Below are positions 24,001 to 34,300 of a DNA stretch of 56,396 nucleotides, piece by piece. Source of the stretch: a virus; IMG/VR virus record IMGVR_UViG_3300045988_043442, positions 1 to 56,396 of that record; one strand, written 5' to 3'. A program made the position numbers and the translations under genes. Each line of letters begins with the position of its first letter. Position 1 is the first letter of the stretch. The notes under the pieces are model-generated. The model saw only the letters and a program-made list of their open reading frames with translations, did not search any database and was not told the origin of the DNA.

Positions 24001-24416
24001 TGGCGAATGCAAACGATTGGGCGATAGACCTTGAAAACACAGTCACAGCACTTGTCAAGGCTAAAACCCTAACACAGCTTAAAAAGACATATCCAAAGAT
24101 AGTCATAACAAATGAGGGAGAAAACAGCGGTCAAGCAGTGTTCCCAACAGTATACATTCATTTACTGCCAGCAGTTGAACAAGGACAAACACTTGGCGGA
24201 CAGACAGTTAACGCATTATTAGCGACATTTCAAGTAGATGTCACAACTAACACAAGCAAGTCTGACTGTCGCAAGGTTATGGCAGTAATTACAGATACAT
24301 TCAAGACAATGAGATTTCAGGGCAACGCAATGCCAGAGTTCTCGATCAGCAATAAAGTACATAAGAGTACCGCTAGATTCAGAAGAATGATAGCGGCAAA
24401 TGACAGATTATTGTAA
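24000..24416 (+). CDS. Tail completion/terminator candidate
   Basis: Lies upstream of the major tail gene. Confidence 0.4.
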   Translation: MANANDWAIDLENTVTALVKAKTLTQLKKTYPKIVITNEGENSGQAVFPTVYIHLLPAVEQGQTLGGQTVNALLATFQVDVTTNTSKSDCRKVMAVITDTFKTMRFQGNAMPEFSISNKVHKSTARFRRMIAANDRLL

Positions 24417-24418
24417 CA

Positions 24419-24444
24419 AAGAGCAGGAATGCTCTTATTTTTTT
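24419..24444 (+). terminator. Terminator-like hairpin before the major tail gene
   Basis: AAGAGC / GCTCTT stem, then ATTTTTTT. Confidence 0.55.
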
Positions 24445-24471
24445 GCAAATTTTTAGGAGGTAGACAAGGCA

Positions 24472-24954
24472 ATGGCAAGTACAAGTTATAAAGCTAGGGT
24501 TATCTACAAGGAGCATAGCGAAGATGGTTTTGCAGGCTCATATAAGTTAATGGTTGCGGCTAAGTCAATTTCAGCACCAGTATCAGCACCTAACACAGTT
24601 GAAAGTACAACATTTGAAGATGATTCACAGACATTCTTAATGGGTATCAAAACATCTGACGCCAAGACTTACACAGGAAATCTTGAAAAGGCTTATTTAC
24701 AAGACTTAATCAAGGCAGAGGGCAAGCGGTTAGATATTATTCAGTTATATGGCTCTGACGGATTAGGTGCGGTTGCTAAGTACGCATTTGTCGGACAGGT
24801 AACAGCAACACCTAATGATGTTTCTGGTACTGATTCAGTACTTGAAATGACAGTAACAGCAGTTCCTAACACTTCACCTATTGAATGCACAGACAAGCTT
24901 CAAGTTGTCGAAGGTGCTGGTGGCACATTCACAGTAACAAAGGTGGGGGAATGA
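24472..24954 (+). CDS. Major tail protein
   Basis: 160 aa, GGAGG RBS, directly upstream of the chaperone pair and tape measure. Confidence 0.65.
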   Translation: MASTSYKARVIYKEHSEDGFAGSYKLMVAAKSISAPVSAPNTVESTTFEDDSQTFLMGIKTSDAKTYTGNLEKAYLQDLIKAEGKRLDIIQLYGSDGLGAVAKYAFVGQVTATPNDVSGTDSVLEMTVTAVPNTSPIECTDKLQVVEGAGGTFTVTKVGE

Positions 24955-25126
24955 TAAGCCAATCGACTAAATCAAAGGCTGTGTCGATTGGTGGCACAAA
25001 CGCCAAAACAGCCGACTACACATCATATCTTGATGATGTAACAGAATAATTATTTTAAAAGGTAGGTGCGGTGTAAAATCCGCACCTTTCCCTATATGGA
25101 CGATAGGGTGGGAAAGGGTAAAAATT

Positions 25127-25615
25127 ATGATGAATATTAATGTAAACGGAAATGAATATAAGATTGAGTTTTCTTTCGGTGCGGCGGAGTGCAAGGAAAT
25201 AGTGCAGAAAATGTTTTCTGTCGTGAATGGTTCTTACCTACTTGCACAGACAGATAAAAGTGTTGCACAGGCTTCTTTTGACGGCTTGGCAAATATGACA
25301 GCAGATGTGCCAGAGATTTGCATTTTAGCCATTTATGCAGGCTGTATTGACAATAACCCAGTAACTATGAATGAAGCAAAGAAACTCACTAGAGCATATA
25401 TTACAGAAAAGAGAAAGACAGATAAGAGTTACGGATATAGAACATTGTTTGAAGAAATCAAGAAAGCGATGGAAGATGATGGTTTTTTCGAGTTGAGCGG
25501 AATAACGACGATGTTAGAGGAAATGGCGAACAATGTGGAAGAAGCGGCACAGGAACAGAAGAAACCGACAGTAGTACCACAAGACCACAAGAAAAAACAG
25601 ACTTCCACAAAATAA
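25127..25615 (+). CDS. Tail assembly chaperone (gpG-like)
   Basis: Position before the tape measure. Acidic C-terminus. An overlapping -1 frame stays open from 25453. Confidence 0.7.
   Translation: MMNINVNGNEYKIEFSFGAAECKEIVQKMFSVVNGSYLLAQTDKSVAQASFDGLANMTADVPEICILAIYAGCIDNNPVTMNEAKKLTRAYITEKRKTDKSYGYRTLFEEIKKAMEDDGFFELSGITTMLEEMANNVEEAAQEQKKPTVVPQDHKKKQTSTK
25483..25489 (+). promoter_or_regulatory. Slippery heptamer T_TTT_TTC for a -1 programmed frameshift (G to GT fusion)
   Basis: In the zero frame this reads GGT TTT TTC. The -1 frame is open from 25453 through 25974. Confidence 0.55.
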
Positions 25616-25677
25616 TCTGGGAAGAATACTTTGTCTTAGCCAGTTCACTAGGCGTTAGTTATTCAGACTTTCTAAAA

Positions 25678-25974
25678 ATGACACCTACAAAATTATTACT
25701 ATATGCAAAAGGCAAAAAGATTGATAGGCAAAATCGCGATTCAGAAATGTATAACTGGTTTTTAGTTTACGCAATTCCAGCTATTTCTTGCGGCATTGGT
25801 GCGGCATTTAGTAAAGATACACACATTGAATATCCGAAGCAGGCTATTTTATCAGAAAAAACGGAAGAAAGCGAAGAAGATACCTACGATAAAGAGTTAC
25901 AGCGAATGCTACTCAATGAACAGAAATGGGCGGCACGAGCTGAAAAGAGAGGACTACCGCCAACAATCCTATAA
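25678..25974 (+). CDS. gpT-like portion of the frameshifted chaperone
   Basis: Frame is -1 relative to 25127..25615. The frame is open well upstream of its first ATG. Confidence 0.6.
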   Translation: MTPTKLLLYAKGKKIDRQNRDSEMYNWFLVYAIPAISCGIGAAFSKDTHIEYPKQAILSEKTEESEEDTYDKELQRMLLNEQKWAARAEKRGLPPTIL

Positions 25975-25987
25975 AGGGGGTTAAAGC

Positions 25988-28900
25988 GTGGAATTAGATT
26001 CATTAGAAGTCAAAATTACCGGTACTGCCATTAAAGCTATTAATTCCGTCGATAAACTGATAGATCAGCTTACAAGGCTATCAACATCACTTGCAACTGT
26101 GAATGGTTCATCACTAAGCGGTCTTGCGAGTGGCGTTAGTCAGTTAGGTTCTGCTATGCAGAATATGAACGCAGGAACGGCAGATTTTACAAGGCTTGCT
26201 AAGAACATCACAAAGATAGGTTCTGTTGATTCAGTTGCCCTAACTAACACGGCTACATCACTTCAAGCTGTCACAAAGGCAGTTGCAAGCATATCAGCTA
26301 TTCCGCAAAATGCAACACAAGTCACAGAATTTGCAAAGTCACTTGGTAAGCTAGGCAGTAAGAGTATAGAAAACGCCGTTGTAAACATTCCAAAATTGGG
26401 CAATGCTTTAAATGGCTTAATGACAACGCTATCAAGAGCACCAACAGTAAGCCAAAATGTTATTCAAATGACTAACGCATTGGCTAATCTTGCTAGTCAA
26501 GGTAGCAAGGTGGGTACTTCTTCAAACTCACTTCAAAAGTCGCTGTATGGCGTTTCTACAAGTGCTAGGACAGCAACTAGAAGTAGTTGGAACTTGGCAA
26601 GTGCAATAGGCAAGTTTTATGCCACTTATTTTATGGTAATTCGTGGCAGCAAGAAGCTTATAGAAGCAATCAAGTCAACGACAGATTACATTGAAGCGTT
26701 CAACTATCAAGCGGTTGCGTTTGGTAAAATCGGTTCAGAGTGGGATAAAGATTACGAAAAGTACGGCTACGATAATGCAACAGCATATGCAGAGAGCTTC
26801 CAAAGCAGAGTAAATGATACTCTCGGAAAGCTGTCTGGTTTAAAAGTCAATGTTCAAGGCGGCTTGCTTGAAGAAAGCGGAGCAAAGAACTTAGGACTTA
26901 ACATACAAGAGATAACACAGTATGCTTCACAGTTAGCTTCCGTTACTAACTCACTAGGACAGACAGGCGAAGCAACAACGGCAATAACAAAGTCAATGAC
27001 AATGCTTGCAGGCGATATAAGCTCACTTTTTAATGTGGACTATTCAACAGTAGCACAGAACTTACAAAGCGGCTTAATCGGTCAATCAAGGGCATTGTAT
27101 AAGTATGGTATTGATATTACTAATGCTACATTAGCGACGTATGCCTATAACTTAGGCATTTCTAAGTCTGTATCAGAAATGACACAGATGGAAAAACAGC
27201 AGTTAAGAGTGTTAGCAATATTAGACCAAAGTAAAGTATCTTGGGGCGATTTAGCTAATACGATTAACAGCCCATCAAATATGCTACGCCAGTTCAGCAA
27301 CAATATGAAAGAGGTAGGAATGGTAGCGGGACAGCTATTTATCCCAATTCTTTCAAAGGTTATGTCGATAGCAAGCGGAGTAGCTATTGCAATCAAAAGA
27401 TTATTAGTCAGCCTTGCTTCTCTAATGGGCGTTAAGATTGACTTTGAAAGCTTCGGACAAAGTGGCTATAAAGACACATCAGACGGCTTAGAAGATATTT
27501 CAGATGGCTACAAAGATGTAGCTGATTCAGCAAAGAAAGCTACATTATCCCTAATGGGATTTGATGAAATAAATAAATTACAGGACGATACAAGCTCAAA
27601 CAAGGGTTCAAGCGGCGGTGGCGGTGGTAGCACTATTGATTTGACAGACGATATTGCTAAGGCGGCGGCTGATTATGAAGCGGCGTGGAATAAAGCGTTT
27701 GCCAATATGGAAAATTCGGCAGTTGCCTGGGCTGACAGAATAGAGAAAGCACTTGAACCTGTTAAACAGATTTTTAAAGATTTTGCAGTTGGTGATTTCT
27801 TTAAGGCAGGGCAAGATACATCAAACCTAGTGGCAGGAATTTTTAATTGGTTTGCAAAGGCTATAGATGATGTTCCTTGGTTTAAAATCGGTCAGAAAAT
27901 GGGAGATTTCCTTGCAGGCATTAATTGGACTAAGGTGTTTAAATCGGCGGCTAAAGTGCTTGTACAAGGCTTAAAAGCAGCTATTGAATTATACCTAGGT
28001 ATGCTATCTAAAGCACCTATAGAAACACTTCTTATATCGCTTGTGGCAGTTCCTAAAGTGCTTGGGGCAATAGGCGGTACAAATGTAATAAAAAGCATAA
28101 CTAAAACTTACAATAAGCTTAACTCCCTAAGTAAAGCAACAGAAGATGTAGTGTTAGCGACAAAACTATCTAAAATGGGATATGACGAAACAGCGGCTAC
28201 ACTCCTTTCTTTTCATCCTAAACTTGTAAAGGTCACGACAAGCTTTAAGGACTTTGGAAGCGTAGTTAAGGATAAAAGATTATTCACGGCTTTAAACGGC
28301 GGAATAACTACTGCCAGAGATAATATGACACTATTCCAAAAAGCATTACTTGGCGGCGTATCAGCTTTTGGAGAATTTAAACTTATTAAAAGCGGATTTG
28401 ATGACGTGGCAAAAGGCAGCGACAACCTCGTAGCTTCAATTGCTAAAATTGCTGCTGGTGCGGCTATTGGTGCGGCAGGATTATACACAGCTTTCGGACC
28501 GGCGGGCTTGGCTATGGCAGGAATAACAGCCTTAATTGCAGGAATAATGTCTATTAACGACAATATTGATTTAACATCAACCGAAGTAACTAAATATTGC
28601 AATGAATATGCAAATGTACGTGATGAAGTAGATAAGACGACAAAGGAGATAGCAAGCTCTTTAGACACTATTGAGAAAGGCTGGCAAAATACAACAACCT
28701 ATGATGATATAGACGCTCTTAAAACAAAATATTTTGAATTAGCAGACCAAACTGATTTAACAACCACACAACAACAAATGCTCAAAGATGTTTCGCAAGA
28801 ACTCATAAAAAAAGTACCAGAGCTAAGCGAAGCTATTGACAGTGAAACAGGAGCATACAAAGGAACAAGAGAAGAAGTTGAAAAACTTATAGAAAAGAAA

Positions 28901-29956
28901 AAAGAAGAGTATAGACTTGAGGCATTAAGAGAAGAGTACATCCAGCTTATAAAAGACGAATATAAAGCCAAGAAGAATGTTCGTGAAATGGAAGCCGCAC
29001 TTACTGATAGTAAAGAACGCTTAAAAGAAAAGCAAGACGAATTGGCAAACGCAATGCAAAGGACACAAGGAATTGCAGAGGACTTAGATACAAGTGGCGT
29101 TGCGGCGGCAACTGACCTTGAATATCAAGTAAGGGAACTTGAAAAAGCTGTAAAATCTAACGAAGATTCTTATAACAATGCTAAAGATGAATGGATTAGA
29201 GCTACGAACGACATGGAATATTGTTCAAACGAAATGACAAGCACCATGTCAAGCAACACTCAAAAAACGCATGATGAAATGATTAATACGTTTGAAAATG
29301 TAAAAAATGAAATTGCTACAAGGCTTGGAATTATTGGCAGTGATACTGAAAACACATTTTCAAAAATGGGAAATATTGGTGCTAATGCAGGAAAATCGCT
29401 AAGTGACAATTTTGCAAATAATATTAATAATATACCATATGCGGCAGTAAGAGCTTTTCAAGGTATTGTCAATGGTGTAAATGCAGGAAGCATTGGAGAA
29501 GATACCGGAATTCAATTGATGAACTCTTTGGAAGACACAATCAATAATAATGCTTGGCGAATTAGAAACAGTTTGTCTAACAGTTTTACAAGTAAATTTA
29601 CAGGTGAAGTTTTAGATAGCGACGGCAATGTTTCTGCAAGTGCTTTTCATATTAAAATTGCACCTAAATATGCAACAGGCGGTTTCCCAGAAGATGGATT
29701 TTTCTTTGCTAACCATAATGAAATGGTTGGTAAATTCAGTAATGGTAAGACAGCGGTCGCAAATAACGAACAGATAACGCAAGGCATTAAGCAAGCTGTT
29801 ATTGAGGGCATGTCAGAAGTATTTGCTAATGCAAATATAGGACAACAAAACGGAAACATTGTTGTGCAGATTGACGGACAGGAAGTGTTTAGAACAACAC
29901 AGAGATATGCCAATCAATACACCAATATGACAGGTCAAGCGGCTTTTCCATATTAA
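25988..29956 (+). CDS. Tape measure protein
   Basis: 1322 aa, helical, Ala/Ser/Leu/Lys-rich, with hydrophobic central segments. Confidence 0.9.
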   Translation: MELDSLEVKITGTAIKAINSVDKLIDQLTRLSTSLATVNGSSLSGLASGVSQLGSAMQNMNAGTADFTRLAKNITKIGSVDSVALTNTATSLQAVTKAVASISAIPQNATQVTEFAKSLGKLGSKSIENAVVNIPKLGNALNGLMTTLSRAPTVSQNVIQMTNALANLASQGSKVGTSSNSLQKSLYGVSTSARTATRSSWNLASAIGKFYATYFMVIRGSKKLIEAIKSTTDYIEAFNYQAVAFGKIGSEWDKDYEKYGYDNATAYAESFQSRVNDTLGKLSGLKVNVQGGLLEESGAKNLGLNIQEITQYASQLASVTNSLGQTGEATTAITKSMTMLAGDISSLFNVDYSTVAQNLQSGLIGQSRALYKYGIDITNATLATYAYNLGISKSVSEMTQMEKQQLRVLAILDQSKVSWGDLANTINSPSNMLRQFSNNMKEVGMVAGQLFIPILSKVMSIASGVAIAIKRLLVSLASLMGVKIDFESFGQSGYKDTSDGLEDISDGYKDVADSAKKATLSLMGFDEINKLQDDTSSNKGSSGGGGGSTIDLTDDIAKAAADYEAAWNKAFANMENSAVAWADRIEKALEPVKQIFKDFAVGDFFKAGQDTSNLVAGIFNWFAKAIDDVPWFKIGQKMGDFLAGINWTKVFKSAAKVLVQGLKAAIELYLGMLSKAPIETLLISLVAVPKVLGAIGGTNVIKSITKTYNKLNSLSKATEDVVLATKLSKMGYDETAATLLSFHPKLVKVTTSFKDFGSVVKDKRLFTALNGGITTARDNMTLFQKALLGGVSAFGEFKLIKSGFDDVAKGSDNLVASIAKIAAGAAIGAAGLYTAFGPAGLAMAGITALIAGIMSINDNIDLTSTEVTKYCNEYANVRDEVDKTTKEIASSLDTIEKGWQNTTTYDDIDALKTKYFELADQTDLTTTQQQMLKDVSQELIKKVPELSEAIDSETGAYKGTREEVEKLIEKKKEEYRLEALREEYIQLIKDEYKAKKNVREMEAALTDSKERLKEKQDELANAMQRTQGIAEDLDTSGVAAATDLEYQVRELEKAVKSNEDSYNNAKDEWIRATNDMEYCSNEMTSTMSSNTQKTHDEMINTFENVKNEIATRLGIIGSDTENTFSKMGNIGANAGKSLSDNFANNINNIPYAAVRAFQGIVNGVNAGSIGEDTGIQLMNSLEDTINNNAWRIRNSLSNSFTSKFTGEVLDSDGNVSASAFHIKIAPKYATGGFPEDGFFFANHNEMVGKFSNGKTAVANNEQITQGIKQAVIEGMSEVFANANIGQQNGNIVVQIDGQEVFRTTQRYANQYTNMTGQAAFPY

Positions 29957-29985
29957 TTGACAAAAACATAATAAAAAGATATATT
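29957..29985 (+). promoter_or_regulatory. Moron promoter
   Basis: TTGACA, 17 nt, TATATT. Starts immediately after the tape measure stop. Confidence 0.65.
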
Positions 29986-30016
29986 AAAGGCACAAAAGAT
30001 AAGGAGGTATTTTAAT

Positions 30017-30511
30017 ATGAGGTGCAAAACAATGCTGACAGTCACTTTAATAGCAATTTGCCTTTTCACATTGATAGGTTGCGGTCAAGGCGGACTTGTA
30101 GGTGAGGTAGTGCTACAACTTAGCAATGAAAATCAAACAAATAATCAATCTGATGGGGAGTTTGCTTATAAAAACAAAACTGTCAAGTATTTAAAACACG
30201 AAGTAACAGAAAATGATTTTGGCGAAAAGGTACTTATTGTTTATTATGATTTTACTAATAATTCAGATGATAATGCTGTCTTTGATTATTCTTTTGATGA
30301 TACTTGTTTTCAAAATGGTGTTGAAATTAAACATTCTATGTGGCATGCCAATGATGAATCAAAAAACAGCGGAAAAGAAATTCAAAAAGGTGTTACTATA
30401 ACAGTATCTTCTTCATTTGTATTAGGGGATAGCGAAGATGATGTTACATTGGAAATAACACCATTTATATCCGACAAAAAACTTTTAGTAAAAACTCTAC
30501 TATTAAAATAA
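30017..30511 (+). CDS. Lipoprotein (DUF5067/DUF4352-like Ig-fold candidate)
   Basis: Signal peptide with lipobox LIGC. AAGGAGG RBS. Confidence 0.75.
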   Translation: MRCKTMLTVTLIAICLFTLIGCGQGGLVGEVVLQLSNENQTNNQSDGEFAYKNKTVKYLKHEVTENDFGEKVLIVYYDFTNNSDDNAVFDYSFDDTCFQNGVEIKHSMWHANDESKNSGKEIQKGVTITVSSSFVLGDSEDDVTLEITPFISDKKLLVKTLLLK

Positions 30512-30537
30512 TTGCCTTAGTAAAATATTAACTTGTC

Positions 30538-30571
30538 AAAAGAACGTATCGAAAGGTACGTTCTTTTTTTG
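30538..30571 (+). terminator. Moron terminator
   Basis: AGAACGTA / TACGTTCT stem, then TTTTTTT. Confidence 0.8.
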
Positions 30572-30594
30572 ATGCCTTGAAAGGGGTGGTTTGA

Positions 30595-30966
30595 TTGATT
30601 GACGCAGTTGTGATTGAGGGGGTGACATTCCCAGTAGCATACAACGGCTACACATACAGCAGAAACAAAATATGGTCTAAAAATACAGGGAGAAACGACT
30701 ACGGAGAAATGGTTGGCACGATTGTGGATATTAAAGACAAAGTAGAGCTTCAATTACCGCCATTAACAGGTGAACAGGCATTAATACTTGATAATGTAGT
30801 AAGCGACGTAGATAACCCATTTCCAACGGCACAAGTCCTATTTTTAGGAGGTACGCAAAAAGAAATGACAATATACACAGGAGATGTGACATATCCGTAC
30901 CTTACAAGGGCAAAGAATGAGGACGGATTAATAGTCGGAGCGAAACTAAGTTTAATTCAAAAATAA
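30595..30966 (+). CDS. Small tail protein (distal-tail position)
   Basis: TTG start. ORF lies between the tape measure and the fibre gene. Confidence 0.45.
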   Translation: MIDAVVIEGVTFPVAYNGYTYSRNKIWSKNTGRNDYGEMVGTIVDIKDKVELQLPPLTGEQALILDNVVSDVDNPFPTAQVLFLGGTQKEMTIYTGDVTYPYLTRAKNEDGLIVGAKLSLIQK

Positions 30967-30979
30967 AGGAGAGTTCCAC

Positions 30980-31363
30980 ATGAAACTTAAAACAAGTGAG
31001 CTAATAGACAGATTTCAGAGTTTGAGCAACATATCACATGACAAGACCACAGGCAGAATTGCTATGGCTGTTATGTGCAATATTAAGGCGTTGGAAGAAC
31101 TGTATAAGGCAACGCTACAGACCATAGAAGATACTAAGGTTAAGTATGCAGATAAGGACGACAGCGGTAATCCAGTTATCAACGATAATCAGTATCAGGT
31201 TACATCAGAGAACTTAAAGAAGTTACAGGAAGAATTGCAGGAAATCAATGAACAAGAAATTGAAGCGCCTGACATGACAATGCTTCCTATGGACGCATTC
31301 GACAAATGCGAAGAAATTACACCAGCTAAATTATACTCAATTGAATTTATGATAAGCCATTAA
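30980..31363 (+). CDS. Hypothetical tail-module protein
   Basis: GGAG RBS. Helical and acidic. Confidence 0.5.
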   Translation: MKLKTSELIDRFQSLSNISHDKTTGRIAMAVMCNIKALEELYKATLQTIEDTKVKYADKDDSGNPVINDNQYQVTSENLKKLQEELQEINEQEIEAPDMTMLPMDAFDKCEEITPAKLYSIEFMISH

Positions 31364-31386
31364 TTAATCAATAAAGGCGGTGTAGA

Positions 31387-34300
31387 ATGAAGATATTAGA
31401 CACAGCTATGACGGAAATTATTAAGGGAAATAGTGCAAGATACTATTCCAAGTATGTTGTTGATGAAAAAGAACATACTGAAACACTTAACAATTTCAAG
31501 TTTCAAAACATGATAAATCCCAATAACGAAATTACGATAGGTAACACTTGCAGCAGCAGTGTTACCTTTTCTATTTATATGCCAACAATAAGCCTTGAAA
31601 ATAAGGAAATTACCATATTTGAAGGTGTTAAGGTTGGCACAGAAATTAAATATATTCAGTTGGGAATATTTACAGTTACTAAGCAGACAAGTGACGGAGA
31701 ATATACAAGCTACGAAGCATACGACAGAATGTATAAGGCTGATATGCCTTACTTCTCAGATATGGCATTTCCTAGCACAGATAAAGCTATTCTTAATGAG
31801 ATATGTGGCAAGTTAGGTATATCTTTAGCAACAAATATAGTCACAACACATACTATCAGTGACAAGCCACAAGGTTATACTTATAGAGAAATTATCGGCT
31901 ATATGGCTATGTTACAAGGCTGTAATGCGGTAATTAATGCTGATGGCAACCTCGAATTAAGGTGGTATAAAGATAGCGGTTATGTACTTGACGGACATAA
32001 GTATTATCAGCAGGGCGTTACATTTACAACAAGCAAGGATTTTATCATACAGAAGCTAACTTGCAACAATACCAAAAGCAGTTCTACAGAACAAAGCGAG
32101 ATTACTTCTGGTGACGGGGCGACAGGACTTAGTTTTGCCAATCCGTTTATGACACAGACAATTCTTGATGAACTCTATAAAAAGATAGGTGGTTTTACAT
32201 TTAGACCGCTTACAGTTAAGTTTGTCGGTGATTACCGATTAGAGGTAGGTGACATTATAACTGTCAACAAGGGCGGCGTTGATTACAAAGTACCTATAAT
32301 GCAGATTATACACGAATGTGACGGCGGCTTAATGGATACTGTTACATCTATCGGTCAATCTGACACGGAGAATACAAGCGTTGCTTCTGGACCTATTACT
32401 AAGCAGATGGAGCGGTACTACGCAAATTTATTAGTTGTTAATAAGGCGTTAATCAATAAGCTAGATGTAGATACAGCCAAGATTACTTATGCAACAATAA
32501 CAAATCTCACAGCCGTAAAAGGCGATGTTGATTACTTAAAGGTAAACAATCTTACAGTTGACAAGGCAAATCTTTTGTACGCTTCTATAAAACGAATGGA
32601 AGTCGTAGAGGGGCAAATCCGAAACCTTAATGTTGATGATTTAAAAGCTCAAGTCGCAAATATCAATACACTTATGTTTGGTTCTGCATCCGGCGGAAGT
32701 CTTACGACGGAGTTTAGCAACAGCATTGTTGCAAATATCGGTGATGCACAGATAAAGTCTGCAATGATAGAAAGTATAGCCGCAGATAAAATCACAAGCG
32801 GTAAGATTTATACAAACCTTGTTGAAATTCTAAGCGAAAGCGGAAATCTTGATATAGCTGACAATACGATACAGATAAAAGATGATAACAAAGTTGCAAG
32901 AGTTCAAATCGGTAAAGACGCCACAAATGACTACAATATATACGTCTGGGATAAATCCGGCAACTTGATGTTTGATGCTTTAGGTTTAACCGAAAACGGC
33001 GTAAAACGTGAGATTATCCGTAACGACATGATAAAGGAAGATGCAAATATTGCGGCAAATAAGCTGAATATAGAAAGCCTTTTTAATGTTATTAATAAAG
33101 ACGGAAGTCACACGCTGAAAAGCAGTAAGATTTATGTTGATGCGAACAAACAGACGCTTGATGTTGCGTTTAAAAACATGACTACAAATGTTACGGAGTT
33201 ACAGAAGTCTGTAACAACGCAAGGAACACAGCTTACTGCTGTGCAAGGACAAATTTCAAGCAAGGTTTGGCAACAGGATATAACTACGGCTGTAAATAAT
33301 TTGCAAATCGGCGGAAGAAATCTTTTATTAAATACAGCAGATTTGACAAAGTGGCTATGCGAAGATAAAACAACTGTTACTAAAGATGTAGATGGATATT
33401 TTAAAGTATCGACTACGCAGAAGACAAGTTGGTTTAGTATATATCAGACGGTCACAGCAGTATCAGCAGGTCAGACATATATGTTATCAGGTTACAGCAA
33501 AAAAGGAACTAAGGTAGGCTATGTTGCTGTGAGGTACTATAAAAGCGGAATAGCCAACATTCTTTTACAACAAAATGTTTCGGAAGGACGCTTTACAATT
33601 AAATTTACAATTCCAGCGGAAGCCGATTCTGAAATAACTGTATACCTCGGACTACAACCGACAACAAGTGGAGATTACACCTATTTCAAACTGCCAAAGT
33701 TAGAGAGAGGTGACAAAGCAACAGACTGGTCTCCAGCACCAGAAGACATTGACAATGATATATCATCTGTAGATACAAAAGTCACGACAGTAAGCAATCA
33801 ATATACGTCGTTAAATCAGTCGCTTACAAGTCTTACTGCAACAGTGAACAGCAATACAACAAAGATAAGCGAAAAAGCCGACGGAAGTACCGTCACAGCT
33901 TTACAAGCGAATGTAACAGCTTTGACAGCAGATTTGAGTGGCTTTAAAACAACTGTTAGTCAAACGTACACAAGCAAGACAGAACTTAATAATTTGCAGA
34001 TTGGTGGAAGAAATCTTTTGTTAAATACAGCTGATTTGACAAAATGGCATAAAGAGGGAAATGTTACTGTAACAAAAGATTCTAACGGTTACTTTAAAGT
34101 ATCAACAACTAATACAAGTGGTTGGTGGAGTACATATTGGTATATATCATCTGATAAAAGTGAACAAACATATACTCTTTCGGGATACAATAAAAAAGGA
34201 ACAAAGGTCGGACATGTTGTTGTAAGATATTATAAGAGTGGAACTAATAATATTCTTGTACAGAAAGACGTATCTGAAGGGTATTTCACAATTAAATTTA

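Noticed and set aside
24947-25048. 32-codon ORF overlapping the major tail stop (ATGA) as a frameshift extension of the tail protein
   Set aside because: No slippery sequence lies at the junction. The region is better explained by two hairpins (CCAATCGA/TCGATTGG and AGGTGCGG/CCGCACCT) acting as a partial terminator after the major tail gene.
28213-28668. Antisense ORFs inside the tape measure gene, with similar ones at 27145, 27608, 27892, 28699 and 29647
   Set aside because: All lie within the 1322-aa tape measure frame and have Ala/Ser/Leu-rich mirror-frame composition.
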